From: Balanoglossus misakiensis
Lineage: Eukaryota; Animalia; Hemichordata
DNA: 64,000 bases
Direction of reading: 5' to 3'
NCBI GenBank assembly: GCA_040954595.2
Contig: CM082578.2
Location: 9,719,519-9,783,518 of the forward strand
Below the pieces are notes generated by a model that ran no database searches, was not told the DNA's origin, and saw only the letters and a program-made list of their open reading frames with translations. The translations under genes and the position numbers were made by a program. Below are positions 50,001 to 63,106 of this stretch, piece by piece; position 1 is the first letter of the stretch; each line of letters starts with the position of its first letter.

Positions 50001-51375
50001 GCCACTGGGCATCTCGCGATACGATGGTTAGTAATTTCTCAGAATCCATCACAAAAGTTAAAATTGGTTCCATTTGCGACAAGTATAAAGCTTACTTCAA
50101 ATTTCATGAAAAATGCATAGCCCAAAGGCCCAGATAAAATGAAAACCGTGTGTGTAAAGAGACTCTTCATACATCGCAATCGATAGGTTCATTTGGGCTT
50201 CCACGTTGTTATCGATCTGCAAATTTACTTCCATTTTACATAATGGTCGTTTTTGAAAAGAAGCATTTATGAATTCATTTCCCCGCGAGTGTACTATTCA
50301 CAACAATCCTATTAAAATAATAGTCATTTAGTCATCATACAATGTACCGTGTCGCGGTGGCAGAAAATAACAGAGTGTAAAGCAACTATCCTCCTCATTC
50401 ATTAGATTTTATTTTGAATGTTGAGTCGACTGTTTCAGCATCGACATTAATAATATAAGTTTGAATCTTCGTCAAATCAAGAAATTTTATCAGGAAGAAA
50501 GCATCCCACGCCTCGCATTACCCCCAAAATCACAGTAACAATCGTTACAACAAACTAGAATGTAAAAAATGAAGTTGGCGAAAGTCGTGTGTCACTGTTT
50601 CGCGTCCCGCCAAACCCAAGGCAAACGGTGCTTCTTCTTTTTTCTCTGCCAGTGTCTCCGGCGAAGAAAAATGCAATAGTCTAATCAATTGGTGCGAATT
50701 CATTAAAATCTGAGCTCGGAATTAGTATTCAGGTCACGTTCCACTCCAAGCTGAAGATGCCGACAACTGGAAGAATCTCGCGGAATCTGTTGATCGCTCT
50801 GCCCGATAGAAATGTCGTCGGCGCGCTGGAGTGTCGTTTTGGCGCTTTACAAGGTGATTTGATTGTCGCAAATTGTCGAAACAGATCAGCTAAACAGAAG
50901 TTTATCTCGAAATCACGTGTCAAATTCCCTAATTGCCCATTTTCAACGTCTATTATATTCCAACAAAGTCAAATGACGTCACTCACACTCGAAGAAATGA
51001 AATCGGACACCTGGAGGTTGTCAATCTAGACTATTTGCATAAGACCAAGCGACGGTTTCAAGTTCCCCAAGTCGTGTTCACCTTTTCTCGTTTCTTATTT
51101 TCCCTTGGCGATCCCAGTCTACCCTTTCCGCCAGAACGAGCGGAAGTAAAGTTCAAGACCAAACTTGAGTAAAAAGAAAGTTTTTTTGCTCGTCCCGTGT
51201 ATAGAGGTCTAACATTTCATGACAACTTTGTGTGTTTGCTCTGATTTTGTAAATTATTTTTTCTGTTATGTTTATTATTTGAATAAGCGTAGAAATTTCT
51301 TTTCCGTCAAAATGCGCTGATTTACAGAAGCAACGGTGATTTTAAAATACATATTGTGTGATAACGTATCAATTT

Positions 51376-51743
51376 TCAGCGATAGTGACAGCGGGCGCGT
51401 TTATAGTCTTGTGTACTTTTCACAGCTAGGTGGTCATGTGATCGCCCAATTGTCCAATCAGCACAGCGGATTGGCCTTTGGAATTTATGCAGTCTGAAAA
51501 CGTGGGTGGTGGGGTTCACATTTCGTGTGCAAAGGAAGCGAGCGACAGTAGCCAGTGTCCGTGTGTGCACGTTATATCAACGTGAGAGAGTAAGACCGGC
51601 ACAGAACGAGAGTCGCTACGAACCGTACGTTAACAAAATGACTCTTTATTGGATTTTACAGCCGTGAAGACTGCCCGAACTGCGGATTGTGCCCGAGCGC
51701 CAGCCCCCGCTGCAGCCCCTGCTCGGCTCCGTTGAAATCAAAC
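51376..51743 (+). promoter_or_regulatory. Probable LRIG promoter / 5' leader
   Basis: A CpG-rich segment directly upstream of the ATG, following an AT-rich stretch. CCAAT boxes lie at 51446 and 51454 and an inverted ATTGG at 51470. The transcription start is not determinable from sequence. Confidence 0.5.
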
Positions 51744-53182
51744 ATGGCGGCGGTGTTGTTGTATTTGTATGCGGCTTTTGTTATTTCGGGACTGCTTCTG
51801 TGCCCAGGATCCAGCGCCCAGAACAGCCAGTGTCCGAAATTGTGCTCCTGCCTTGGTAACCTCGTGGACTGTAGTGACAAACGCCTCACAGAAGTGCCCA
51901 GGGACATCCGAGCTTGGACTGAAATCCTGTAAGTTTTTCCATTCTTGTTTGACTTTGACTCGAGAGCGTAGTGGGGTTCTCCGATGTACACACATACACA
52001 CGTAGCTAGCTAAATCAAAGGGCTTGGGCTTAACTTTACGCAAACATGGAGAAATTTCATTCAAAGAGTTGACCGATTTCATGCCTTGATTTCGTACTTC
52101 TGACCTAAACTGTACACTAACACAACATGTAGGTGTAATGACGCGCCTTTGTTTTGAGTGATTAATTTGGCGATTTCGAGATTTCGCGGACAGTTTTTGA
52201 GTGTTTTCGCGAAGCTTGCATACTAATCAACCGTCCGTGACTGCTGATGTTTACAACGACGCTTTTACAAAGCCCCCCCCTTTACACTTTAGACCACAGA
52301 CGAACGGTCGATTCCGAACCCGGTTCGCTAAATTCGTACAGATTGCCACCGTCGCCGTTGTGTTTGTCGTAGATTCGTCGCCGACAAGCGCGATCTGTCA
52401 CGACGGAGAAATTCCCGATTCCCGAGAGTTTAACTTTGAGGTCACCGTGCAAGAGAGTCAGACTCTGAGACGTGTACACACTGTGACTAGACTGTCGACG
52501 CGCTGTGTGCCCCATATTTCATGTTCCGTTCTGTTGCAGTTGGATTGCTGTCAACCCGTTTTATTTAGCGAAGTGCGTGTCTTATCAGTTTTCATCACAC
52601 CTCGAAATCCCCGCCTGCTGCCGATCCCGCACCGCCACAGATTTCCCGTAGCCAGGGTTTTGACTCGCCTGCGTGCCGTGACGCAGAATTATTTTGTCTT
52701 CCGGGGTAGAGGCGATCACTAAACCGTAAATGAAAAGCTGCCTTCGCACCCCTTTTTAATAACCGTTGAATGAGAACGCTGTAATTAACAATGGGCCCAT
52801 TAGATAGACTTTTTAATTAATTTTTGACACAATGTGACATTATAACATAATAAAGCACGGCGTATGCATGATAGAAACGAGATCAGTATGTGATAAATTA
52901 TTGAGCAATTGCACAAAACGATGGTACCATAATAAATTTTGAGATATAAAATTTTAAAAGATTACCATTTAACGTTTCATGAGTTATGATCCAGGCACAC
53001 ATGCGGGTCACAGATCTGGAGAGATTTATTGGGGGATTTTAAATTATGTATTCTGATATGTTTTTGCCTATCATTCATTTTCCTACTTTTGATTTTTTTC
53101 ATTTTTCCAGACATCTACAGGCCAACCAAATCAGTACCATACCACGTGGTGCCTTCAGTGATTTAGTCAATCTAAAACAGCT
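51744..53182 (+). CDS. LRIG: LRIG-family (leucine-rich repeats and immunoglobulin-like domains) protein, first two coding exons; 3'-partial
   Basis: Exon 1, 51744-51928 (aacATGgcgg ... CT|gtaagt): MAAVLLYLYAAFVISGLLLCPGSSA signal peptide plus the LRR N-cap CPKLCSCLGNLVDCSDKRLTEVPRDIRAWTEIL. The CLG.L.DCS and the W before the first LRR strand resemble LRIG3/LRIG1/lambik. Exon 2, 53111-53182 (ttttccag| ... |gtaagt), is a classic 72-nt phase-2/2 LRR exon, LHLQANQISTIPRGAFSDLVNLKQL. An LRR protein is certain; LRIG orthology rests on the N-cap only. Confidence 0.8.
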
Positions 53183-56100
53183 GTAAGTATATATTTATAT
53201 ATGCAGTTTTGAACGATTGCATGGATGCAACTTGAACTCGGAGTGGAAGCAGATCACTGCAATGTGCAGCACTGCAAGGCAACCTTGTATGTTGTACAGC
53301 TTCCTCTCTTGTGTCACATTTTGCATGAAATGTTCTCGTTGTCATGGGAGACTGTAATGTGGATTGTGATAGATGTGTATGTGTGTGACATTGTTTTTGA
53401 GGGTTTCCACTGCAACTGATGGTTTCTTTTTTTAAACAGAAACCTGCGAGAGAAATTGTAAAATACAAAACCCCCCTAAATGGTGTGCGGTTCTTTTCAC
53501 ACATTGTCATTTGAAGTAGCATTCTGATGTAACTTGGGAGGATTTACATTTTATGGGGAGGGGAGAGTAGTGTATGATCCACCTTGGAATATCAAGCACG
53601 GTAATTTCGGTCTTTCAACCTGGGTTGTGAAGGTCTGTTCTGTAAATGAAGTGTTTTGCTGTCTTAGTCTTTTTACATGTGAAGTGATGATGTCTGTAGT
53701 GGCTAGCAACGCATGATTGGCAAAGTAGGCTCAGGGCCCAGTGCTTTTTGGGGTCATTTTCAAATCTCTGAATCCAGTGTGCAGGTCGTTTTAGTTTTCG
53801 CCTTTGTCACGAAGTCCCATATCCAAAACGATTATTGCTCTGTCTTTTTGAAATCCCGTCTTCGGTTGTTGATAATTGCATGTGTGGTGGATGAAATCAC
53901 ACTGAATGTCTGACAGCCTCAGTCCAAAGGAGGAGGAGGCAAGGAGTCTAAAAAGCTGGCAAACACAATAGCTTCCATTTGCAGTGTACCTAAAGTTATG
54001 TGTCCTGTTTACGCATCTGTAACTACAAAAATAGTTGTTTTTGAAGATCTGCACTTTTTTTGTGGAAAAAAATCCAGCTGTCGAAACACATCATAGAATT
54101 GTGTTTTTTGTTGAAAGAGGGTGAAAAAAATAGCAAGTACGTGCGAGGTAGCTTGAATTGGACAGCCAAAGCACATAGAATCTATTGATTGTCGTAATGT
54201 ATGGCCGCCGACACACAAGCAAAATCAAACAGTGAAAAAGGTCAATAAAAAAAATTCAGCTCCCCTGCACATCTGCGAAAGGAGGAGAGAGAAAGCGAAC
54301 AATGGGGAAGTGTGAAGAGGTATGGGGAAGTAGAAAAAAAGGTGGATGGTTTGTCAAATGCAAAAGGGGAGGTATACATATGCATAGTTGGCCATTCATA
54401 ATGTTTCTAGTTGGCAAAGAATGGTACAGATCTCTGCTGTCAATACCTAGACAATGGGGCGCACACCGCTCTTTTGTCTCGGGCCAGCCCGTCTTGAGTC
54501 AGACAAAAATAAGGCATTAAAATAGTGTGAAAATTGTCCTTGTTTAATTCATGCCCAAGCATTGGAACGCCGACTTACAAAATGCATCGACGACACACGC
54601 TCTGTCAGGGGAGGGGGGGGGGGGACAAAAGAGAACAGTGCTCTTGCATGGTAATCTGAGATTTCTTTTATTTTCGAAGCCTGTGATATTTCTCCACACC
54701 TCACCAATCAATTATTTTTTAGTAAAGTTTATTTCCTTCCGAGCCCAGTCGAAATCTGTCTTTTGTGTTTTTTTTTTATTCAGGGGATTTTTGCAATTTG
54801 TCACCTTTGGAGTGTAATGCCTCTCAAGACAGGGTTATTTAATAAGCAGATTGCGTGATAAGATAACCACCAGTTTATGGGACAACAGTTTTGTTAATAT
54901 TTTTTGAACTTGTGATTATTGCCTATCATTCAAGAAAGTACACACTGATGGTCCACCATAAATGTGTTGGCAGACTGGTGATTGTTGGAATTATTTGGGA
55001 GTGTTTGCTGCTTGGGTGTAAATTTCAGACAGCCTTGGTGAAAAGATAGTGCTGTGGCCCGGTTGTGTGTTCTGTAAACACTGGGAGTTGTTGAGGGGAA
55101 TTATTGATAAGAAGCAATTTTTATGAGTGCCAATTGGGTGTGAATAAGTCTTGGTGGACTCCTGATAGTGGGCAGTTAACTGAGACCAAGCAGACTGAGC
55201 TGGTCTAGTCTCGCTTATCTTCCTCTCAACACTTCACTTGTGTGTGAACTGGTGCAGTTGTGTGTAGTCGCTATGAAATGAACGTTGTGTGGAGAATTGA
55301 CAGGAATGGTGAAACAGACCATGGCGTTTATTTCATAGACCTGAACAGAGCAAAATGAATATTCAGAACATACCGAAAATTCAGGTCTGAGGTACTTTGT
55401 ATTCATCGTTCTGTAGTACAGCTGTGTAATACACAATTTGTAATTGGTTACTGGTCTGGGGCTTCCCTCCAAAACGAGTCAAACTTTTCGTTTTAATGAT
55501 CACTGGTGGACAGATGTAATTACAGAAAATGACAACACCTTGGAATTGAATCGGTGTGAAGATTTATACGGCCGATAATTGCTGGCTGTTAATTTTTGAT
55601 GGCTTCATTGACTGGAGGTGTTTCGCTGGAAGTAATTTATTGTTATGGTGGTGGCAGTCACCGACAGTCTCAGAGCTGCTGTTTCACCTCCTAGCAGTGT
55701 TTAGATTTTTCCTCGTAAAAGGAGTTTGCAAATTTCGCGATGGATTTGACCCACCGTTTGTTTGTTGATTATTTAACGCATATGATCACCTATCTTTTTT
55801 TTACCTCAGACTTTTTTTTGCTGTAAGAAGGTGTCATTAGATGTTAGCCACTGGGAGAGGCTGGCTGTAATCTTGCTTTTTTTTCTCCAAAAAAGTGGTT
55901 GGAGCCACCACTACTTTGTGAAGGCTCTCAGTGTCCACACAATTAGAACAACATGCATCTCCCAGTAGCTTGTTGTGTAGGCAAGGCAAACAAGCTGGCC
56001 TCTTAGATGTTAATTGAACTGCGGTTGTGGGGTTTTGTTGTTTGAAGTTCTGCCACCCTGACGGCCGTGTTGGTACAGCGGAATGGAGCTTAGGTGTTGA

Positions 56101-59100
56101 CTGGGCAAACAGGCTGATGTAATGTGCCGGGTCCGGCTTTTTTTTCTTCTAATTGTTTGGCGAGGTGGACGGAAACAGTTTCGGTTGACTTTTGAAAATT
56201 GGAATCTCCGTGTTAGCTCTGGTGTGTGCGCGCTGGAAAACTTTTGGGGCCCGGTTGTGTTTGAACATCAGGTGGCTGTTGTGTTATTTCCGCAAACATT
56301 GCTGCGATGTCAGGGGAGTTCTGGTTTTGAATCCAGCCAGTCTGTGGGTGTGTGTGCGTACGTTCTCGGTGACAAGCAAAGGAGGCCATAGTTGATTATT
56401 GGAAAATTGACTCATGTACAAGGGTGGTCCCCGGTTATTCACTCCTTTTTGGCCGATTAAATTGGCGGTGCGCGCTAGATTCATTGTCGGCCTATTGAAA
56501 GCGTCAACAATGCAACCGAGGGGTACAGGTAGTTTGAGGCCAGACTGAGGTTAATAGCTTATTGGGTCTTCAGGACTGCGGACTGCACTGGAAGGGGAGT
56601 GTGTTCAGATGGGTGTTCTGTGTTTTATGGGAAACTGTAGGATTTTTTAACTCGGCCATTTTCTGCAAAAAGGAACTAATGATTTCACGTAGAAGTGAGC
56701 ACGATAACAAACTGAATATTCCTGCATTGGTGTCATCACAGTGCCGGTCTAGCTCTCTCTCTCATTGCTGTTTTGCCTGACAGCCACTTCGATCTTCAGT
56801 CCAGTCGACACAGAAACAGAACCGGAATGCGATATTTTTTCCCAACAGCACAGAATAGCCCTGTGGATATTTTCTGACGCGTGATACAGGATAGTCCCAG
56901 CTTATTCCTGGCCTGGCTCGGCCAGTTTGTAATGTACACTGGGCTGGTCGGCCCAGCTGACTGGAGAAGATGGTAATTAGTGAGGATTCTTGCCACCCCT
57001 AGGATATCTATATTCTCTGTTGTCAGTCATCGCAGTCTGAGGATAATTTCTGCGGTTTGGACCGTCAGTCTTTTGGGAAAAATGATGGTTCCCTCCCGAG
57101 TTTTATTTAAGCACTTGCACAGCTGTTTTGAAGATAAAATAATACATGTTGTCATTTTTGATATTGACAGCGACATCAGCCCTTGTATATATAATTGATT
57201 AGAGAAGTTTTGTTCAATTCATTGTCAAAATTTGGAGCGTATATTTATATATCTGAGGACTGGTTCAGTTGATTTGATTTTTTGCGGCTAATATTATTCT
57301 CGTTGTTGTTGTGATCGTCTGCAGTGCTCGACCACAGACTTTTTCGTGTTTGTCCCGCTACCCACTAACTGGGTTTGTTTCTTTGAAAGCGGGTTTCTGC
57401 TTGAGTAGTCCCAGTTAGTCCAATGTGCATCGGTGTGGAAGGGACGACTTGCACCCAAATGTTGTACTGGGTAACACGGCTCATTGTCTAAGTGAGCTAA
57501 TTGTCAATAATGGTAGGTGTAGTTCTGTGAAATGTCCATTGTCCGCTTGGCATTCACTTGATGTTTCTTTAGTGGCTCTGTTTCGGGGGAGGGTAGGTCA
57601 CTGTGGGCTCACCCTGACACTGCCAGACTGGTTCTTCAGGGGGGGGGGGAGAGATCTTGGTTTTATGAAATACCTCCCGATGTCTGCTGGTTTCAAATGG
57701 CAACCGTGCATGCGAAATCTGACTGAGACACTGTCCGGGTTTGGAAATAAAAGCAAAGAAAACTCCATCAACACGAACCTGACACCCTTGAGATTTGCAA
57801 CCGAGTGTCCAGCCGGTCAACAGCTTGTGCAGAAAATATCAGGAATGGTTGTGGGAAATTCTAAACACGTCTATATTATTTTGCTTCAAATTGGAAAAAA
57901 AAACTGAAAATAAAAACTGTCAATAACCTGAGATGTGTTTGGATGTGGTCAACACCAAAATCAGTGGTTTTCAAATTTCATTTTTTTTTGTAATTCTCAG
58001 TTGCATCCTGTTTAATTGTTTGCTTCAGTGAAATTATCAGGCGGGTGTGATGCCGGTCATTTGTCTCAAAAAGAGATGAAAGCTGTGGACTATCTCTTTC
58101 TTGTCGTCACGTCCAAAACCACCTTTACATATTCAGTAGTTTGGCCTTTATCGCAGTGGCTGTTGAGTTGACCAGATTTAATTAAAACCAGACAAGAAGC
58201 GTGCATGACCAATACAAAAGACTTGCACCACAGCGATTCCCAAAAGGCAGAAGGGAAAAATTGGAAAATGTGGCGCTTCAAATTGAAACAATAGAAAGGT
58301 GACCAAGTGAAGGAGTGAATTCGTGGCAATTATTGCTAAATCCGGAGCTGTCAGACTCCCTTGCTAATTCATGCTCCAAACCTTAAAAGACTTTTTAAAA
58401 GTGGTTGTTACCGTATCATCTTTGAGTGGTCTGTAGACATTGTTGTGTCCGTTTGATTGGTAGGCATTGATGCATGTGATTGGTTGGCTGGCTTTGCAGT
58501 GCCAACCGTCTCATGTGTCCTCAGTCTCCTCGCCGGCTAGGTGTGTTTTCGTTTCTCTTGGTCCTGTGGTACAAGAAAAGAGTGTCTGGGCAGTGTGCGT
58601 ACCTACCCATGGCCACTTTGTAAATACTGGTTTCATCTCTTGTTACAAGAAGCACATCAGCATAGTGGGGTCACCGCCTCTGTCATCCCTAATACCATGT
58701 TTACACCAATACATGTACAGGCATCCACATTCCGCACTGCTGTCGCCTGTAGTTCCAATCTCTGAAGAAAAAAAACTGCTAGTGCTGATGGCGTTCAAAT
58801 TAATAGGTCACAAACAAAAATTATCTGTAGGTTATCAACAAAAATTATCTCTGATTTTTGTTTTCTTTGATGAAAAAAAATTGAACAGTACAACACTGTA
58901 CCAGGATATTGTCCTTAGTTTACATGACACTTAAAAGTCCCCTTTTCACGTGAAGAAAGCAAATTATTGATTAATTTGGGCTGAAAAAATGAATCAATTC
59001 CCAAGGTTTATACAGTTTGAATATTTGTTATATTGTAACTCCAGACAGCTTTGGAAATTAGAAAAATAGGTATTTTTCTTGCGTCAACCAGGTGGTCAAG

Positions 59101-62100
59101 CAGTTCGTGTAATTAACCCAAATAATTTTCGGAAGGAATTTGAACTATTCTACAAGAACATATTGGAATAGCATTCACACCAGATAGAACCACGGATGTT
59201 AAACATGTGGGGGTGTCTAAGAGATATTTATATCTGCACGGGTAATTGAAAGAGGAAAATTAATGCAAAGAAGGAAGGGGGTCTGCTCTGGGGGTGGGAT
59301 CTCTGGAATTAGCAAGTGGCGTCATTTTTGAGTTCCCAGGTGACAGCTTATTTCAAATTTTTGTTTTACAACTGTGGCATTTCATAGTTATGCATTGTTT
59401 GCAGCCGGTGATCCGAAGAAGTGTTAGTGTGTGTGTGTGTGTCAAATCCCCCCCCCCCCACCCCCGACCCTAATGCGATCACCTGACCTACATAATGCAA
59501 TGCTGGAAGTTGGGTCGGTCAAATTTTCGGTAACTAGGGTCGTTTTGAAGAGTGGAAGGGAACTCCTTTACTGGCAGACTGGCAGATTAATGGACTCAGG
59601 TGTCCAGTGTAAACATTGGATAATTCTAAGGGGATTGCTTGTGTGATTGCAATATTGATATTTGCCGTTTTCACCTGAAAGATTGTTTTTTTTTCGTGGC
59701 GTGTACACTCTGCAAAGAGCAGTTGCTAACCAGTGCCGTTACAATTGGTGTTAAGGGTTGTTTTTTTGGCAAGAACAGTCCGTATGATAGGTTGACCTGC
59801 ACACAGGTGTTCGGCTGCGAGTTCAGGTGTTCTTTCTGGCAGATAATTCTGTTTTGGAGTGTTGCACAGTGACCGGGTTGGGTGCCAACAGTCGAGAAAT
59901 AAATCAAACGGCATTATTTTTTTTATGGGTTAGCCAGGATAAGAGGGAGATCATACCGTTCATTCTCTGTTGAATTGTTGTGTGGTGTGTTGAAGTCGCA
60001 GGGTCGCGGGCAAAGTTCAGGCCCGAAAAACCTGAAAACCCAGGCCCCGAGATCCGGTTACATTGTATAGTTAGGCTGGAGCCATGGCGCTTGTGTTTAG
60101 GTCCACGTTCGCCAGTGTTTTTGCTTCGCTGTGGTGTTCAGTTCAGCGCTTGTTATGGGGCATAATTTGTACGCCAGCTTTCCTCGGAGCTGGGTTCCTC
60201 CCAACCCGACAATCAATAAACAATTGCATGTGGCCTGAATGCGATAAATTTGGTTGTAAAGGACTTTTCAGTACAAATTGGTCTGTCACCCAATGTTAAG
60301 CTGTGTTCTCAGTGATCCATGTCAGGGCTCTACACACTCGGTGTAAAGTATCCAGCGTATGTGCTGTTTTTAGTAAACATGTCCGCCGGTTGCACCCACT
60401 ATACATGCAAATCCCCACCGCTATTCGTAGGGGCCCCGCTCTCTGTGTTTGTCAGGCTTCAATAGAGTCCCGGCATTTGCATGTTTATTGTCGGCAATCT
60501 GAAGGCGACCACAACTTGGTGTTTGTGTTCTTGTGATGCGACAGGGGGCAATCGGTGTGAATATACGCCTCTATTCAACGCGGAATCGCACGCACTTAAA
60601 GCTGTCACGAAGATTTAGGGCCACGGAGACCATGTGATCGGTCACCTCGGCCGGGATGTTACCCGCCATGCACTGGTGGGGTTTGGGTTTATTTTCTTCT
60701 TCTGAGGGACTCTAATGTCATGATCCTGTCCTCTGTCCACTTTGCCCGTCTACAGCTGACATACATATATATCAATCGCTTTGTTTTCATCGCCTTCCCC
60801 TCCATAGGACATTTGCCAAGCAATAATTGTATCAGTTTCCGCCAGTGTTTATTTTTAAGGGGGGCCCAGAGGTTGAGGCGAAGCCTAACTTGAGCCCATA
60901 TGCCGGTAGTTCATACGAGGTAAAACTGGACTACCGGCAGGACAACTGGATAAATGTGTATTGGTTGTTGGGGGGTGGGGGAGCAGGTTGGTACCTAGTG
61001 TCAATACAGGGGTTGTTTTAATGTGTCAGGAGGGGTGGCTTGTAATGCTCCTCCTTTCCATTGCACCCCCCCCCCCCCCCAACTACATGAATCAACCAAA
61101 TTGGAATCAGGCAAAACTGTTAATTGTATCACACAAATCTACTCACGGAAAAGCCTTTTTATCACCTCTAGACTACAGTAGGGAACCCTGCCGTTTTCGA
61201 ACTTCCTACCATGCATTTTAGACCCTGTTACTGTGTCAGTGTGACTGTGAAATATTGCACATTTCTGGTGTGCTGGCATCTGCCGTCATGGCAACCAATA
61301 TTGCCTCTGATTAATTCACATTTTTCATCATCTCACGCAGGTTGATTTATTGAGTCGAGGGAGGCGGCTTTCAAAAGGGGGAAAAAATAAAAGATTCTGT
61401 GATGGAAATATGAGAAAAGATACTGCGCACCATATTTACTGTAAAAAATTTGCATTCATCACAATAATGTTTGCAGTTAAAAAAAATGTGAAAATGTCGC
61501 AGCCTGTCTGTTGTGGGTGTGTGGTGTTCAATTCAGAATTGAAGAATTGCTCTTCAAAATGAATTCCGTGGTTTGGGAAAGCGCAATTCCAGGTCTTGAT
61601 GCGACTGAAATTCTTCCAGGGAAATTTGAGGTAAATTGGCAACGGTGTGATCTGTTTGAACACAGTGCTTCTGGTTATTTTACTTCTGACTTGAGCAGAC
61701 GGATCTTGACTAGCCACTTGTATCAAAACAGATTTAGCTATGGGCTATTGTGTATGTGAGTGCATATCGTTCTGTTGATGGATAGTTCGGTCATTTTGCC
61801 GCTTTTCAAATGCAACTTTTTCCCTTCGCATTTTGGTAATGTGAATCCATTTGCATTCGTGGCGTGTTAACCAAATTTTGGACACAATGACGTTGCAAAA
61901 CTGACTGAACCCCAAAAGGTAACTGATGGTGTCTGTGTGTCTCATCTGTGAGATAGAACTCCTGTTTGGTGATCTTGGTGAAAATTATGATTAGATCATT
62001 TTGGAGGATTTGTCTTTGATTATAAAATAGGTTTATCTGATAAACACAGATCAGTATTATTCTTAAATGGTCAGTATGCGGCGTTAACTGGCAGATAGTC

Positions 62101-63064
62101 GTGGCAGAAAATTATCGAGCAGTAACTACAATCTAACTCTGCAAATAACTGTAAGTAAATCAAACCAAGAGTGTCCTCCTCGATGGTCACTCTGAAACGT
62201 TGATTGAAAATTCAATTTGGACTCGTGTAGGGGAAAGTCGTCGTCAGAAGTAGAGCAGGGAGGGTGCGTCAGGCACGACAAGAGCCGATAGCCACGGTGA
62301 AGTGTTCGTCTCCAGTCGAATGAAATGAACCGAGCCTGCAGGTTTTTTTTGTAACATGGTTATCGGCAATTTCATCAGCTGCTGTGAAATTGATAGGAAA
62401 ATAGGCCTGATTAGCGGGGAAATGAGGTCAGCTAGCGTCCATCTCAGAGGGTGGTGATGCGGTGGGCAGCGTTTGGCCCACCGGTTTTCTGTTGGAGCCA
62501 TCTTAAAGGAATGTGCATCTAACACACAGGGGTGACTGTGCACTATTTATTTTCAAGTCCATCATCGTAGTGTAAAAGTCGAGAGGCATTTTTTCATTGC
62601 AATCATACACGCCCGGACAAGTGAAATGAAACGAGATTTTTGCACTTGCGATTGAGAGTAATCTAGAACGCACAGACCTGATCAGTTTGTTCAGTGAGGG
62701 AACGGAAATTTTCATTTTATCGCACTCGCTCGCTATAGAGCAGATCAATAGCTGTTTTTGAGGACAGAGGGCTACGACACTGCATACTAACAGGTATTGA
62801 TTGTGCTTTACAACATCTCTCAGCCATATCAGAATGATTCAGAATTGGAAGCTATCTTCACTGTTTATCAATGTCTTTTAGTGGAAGGTTTAAAATATTC
62901 TTTATAATATCATAATTTTGTGTTTATTTTGAATTCAGTGCGTTGGTATGTACCTGCCATCTGCTGGACTACCTTGCTATTTGCAAGCTTAAAAAATGTT
63001 CCAGTAAAAACAATGCGATGTTGCCAAGTGGTTGTGGGAGCTCAGCTGTGATTATTTATAACGA

Positions 63065-63106
63065 CGCAATATTTCCCAACGCAATATTTTCCATCGCAAT
63101 AATCTC
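63065..63106. repeat. Short 15-bp period tandem repeat (3 units)
   Basis: CGCAATATTTCCCAA / CGCAATATTTTCCAT / CGCAATAATCTC at 63065, 63080 and 63095. Confidence 0.6.

Noticed and set aside
52201-52722. 173-aa ORF in LRIG intron 1
   Set aside because: Non-ATG start and no LRR pattern; exon 1 splices in frame directly to the 72-nt exon at 53111.
57425-58934. 160-aa and 155-aa ORFs in LRIG intron 2
   Set aside because: No LRR or Ig signature, and the composition is typical of translated non-coding DNA.
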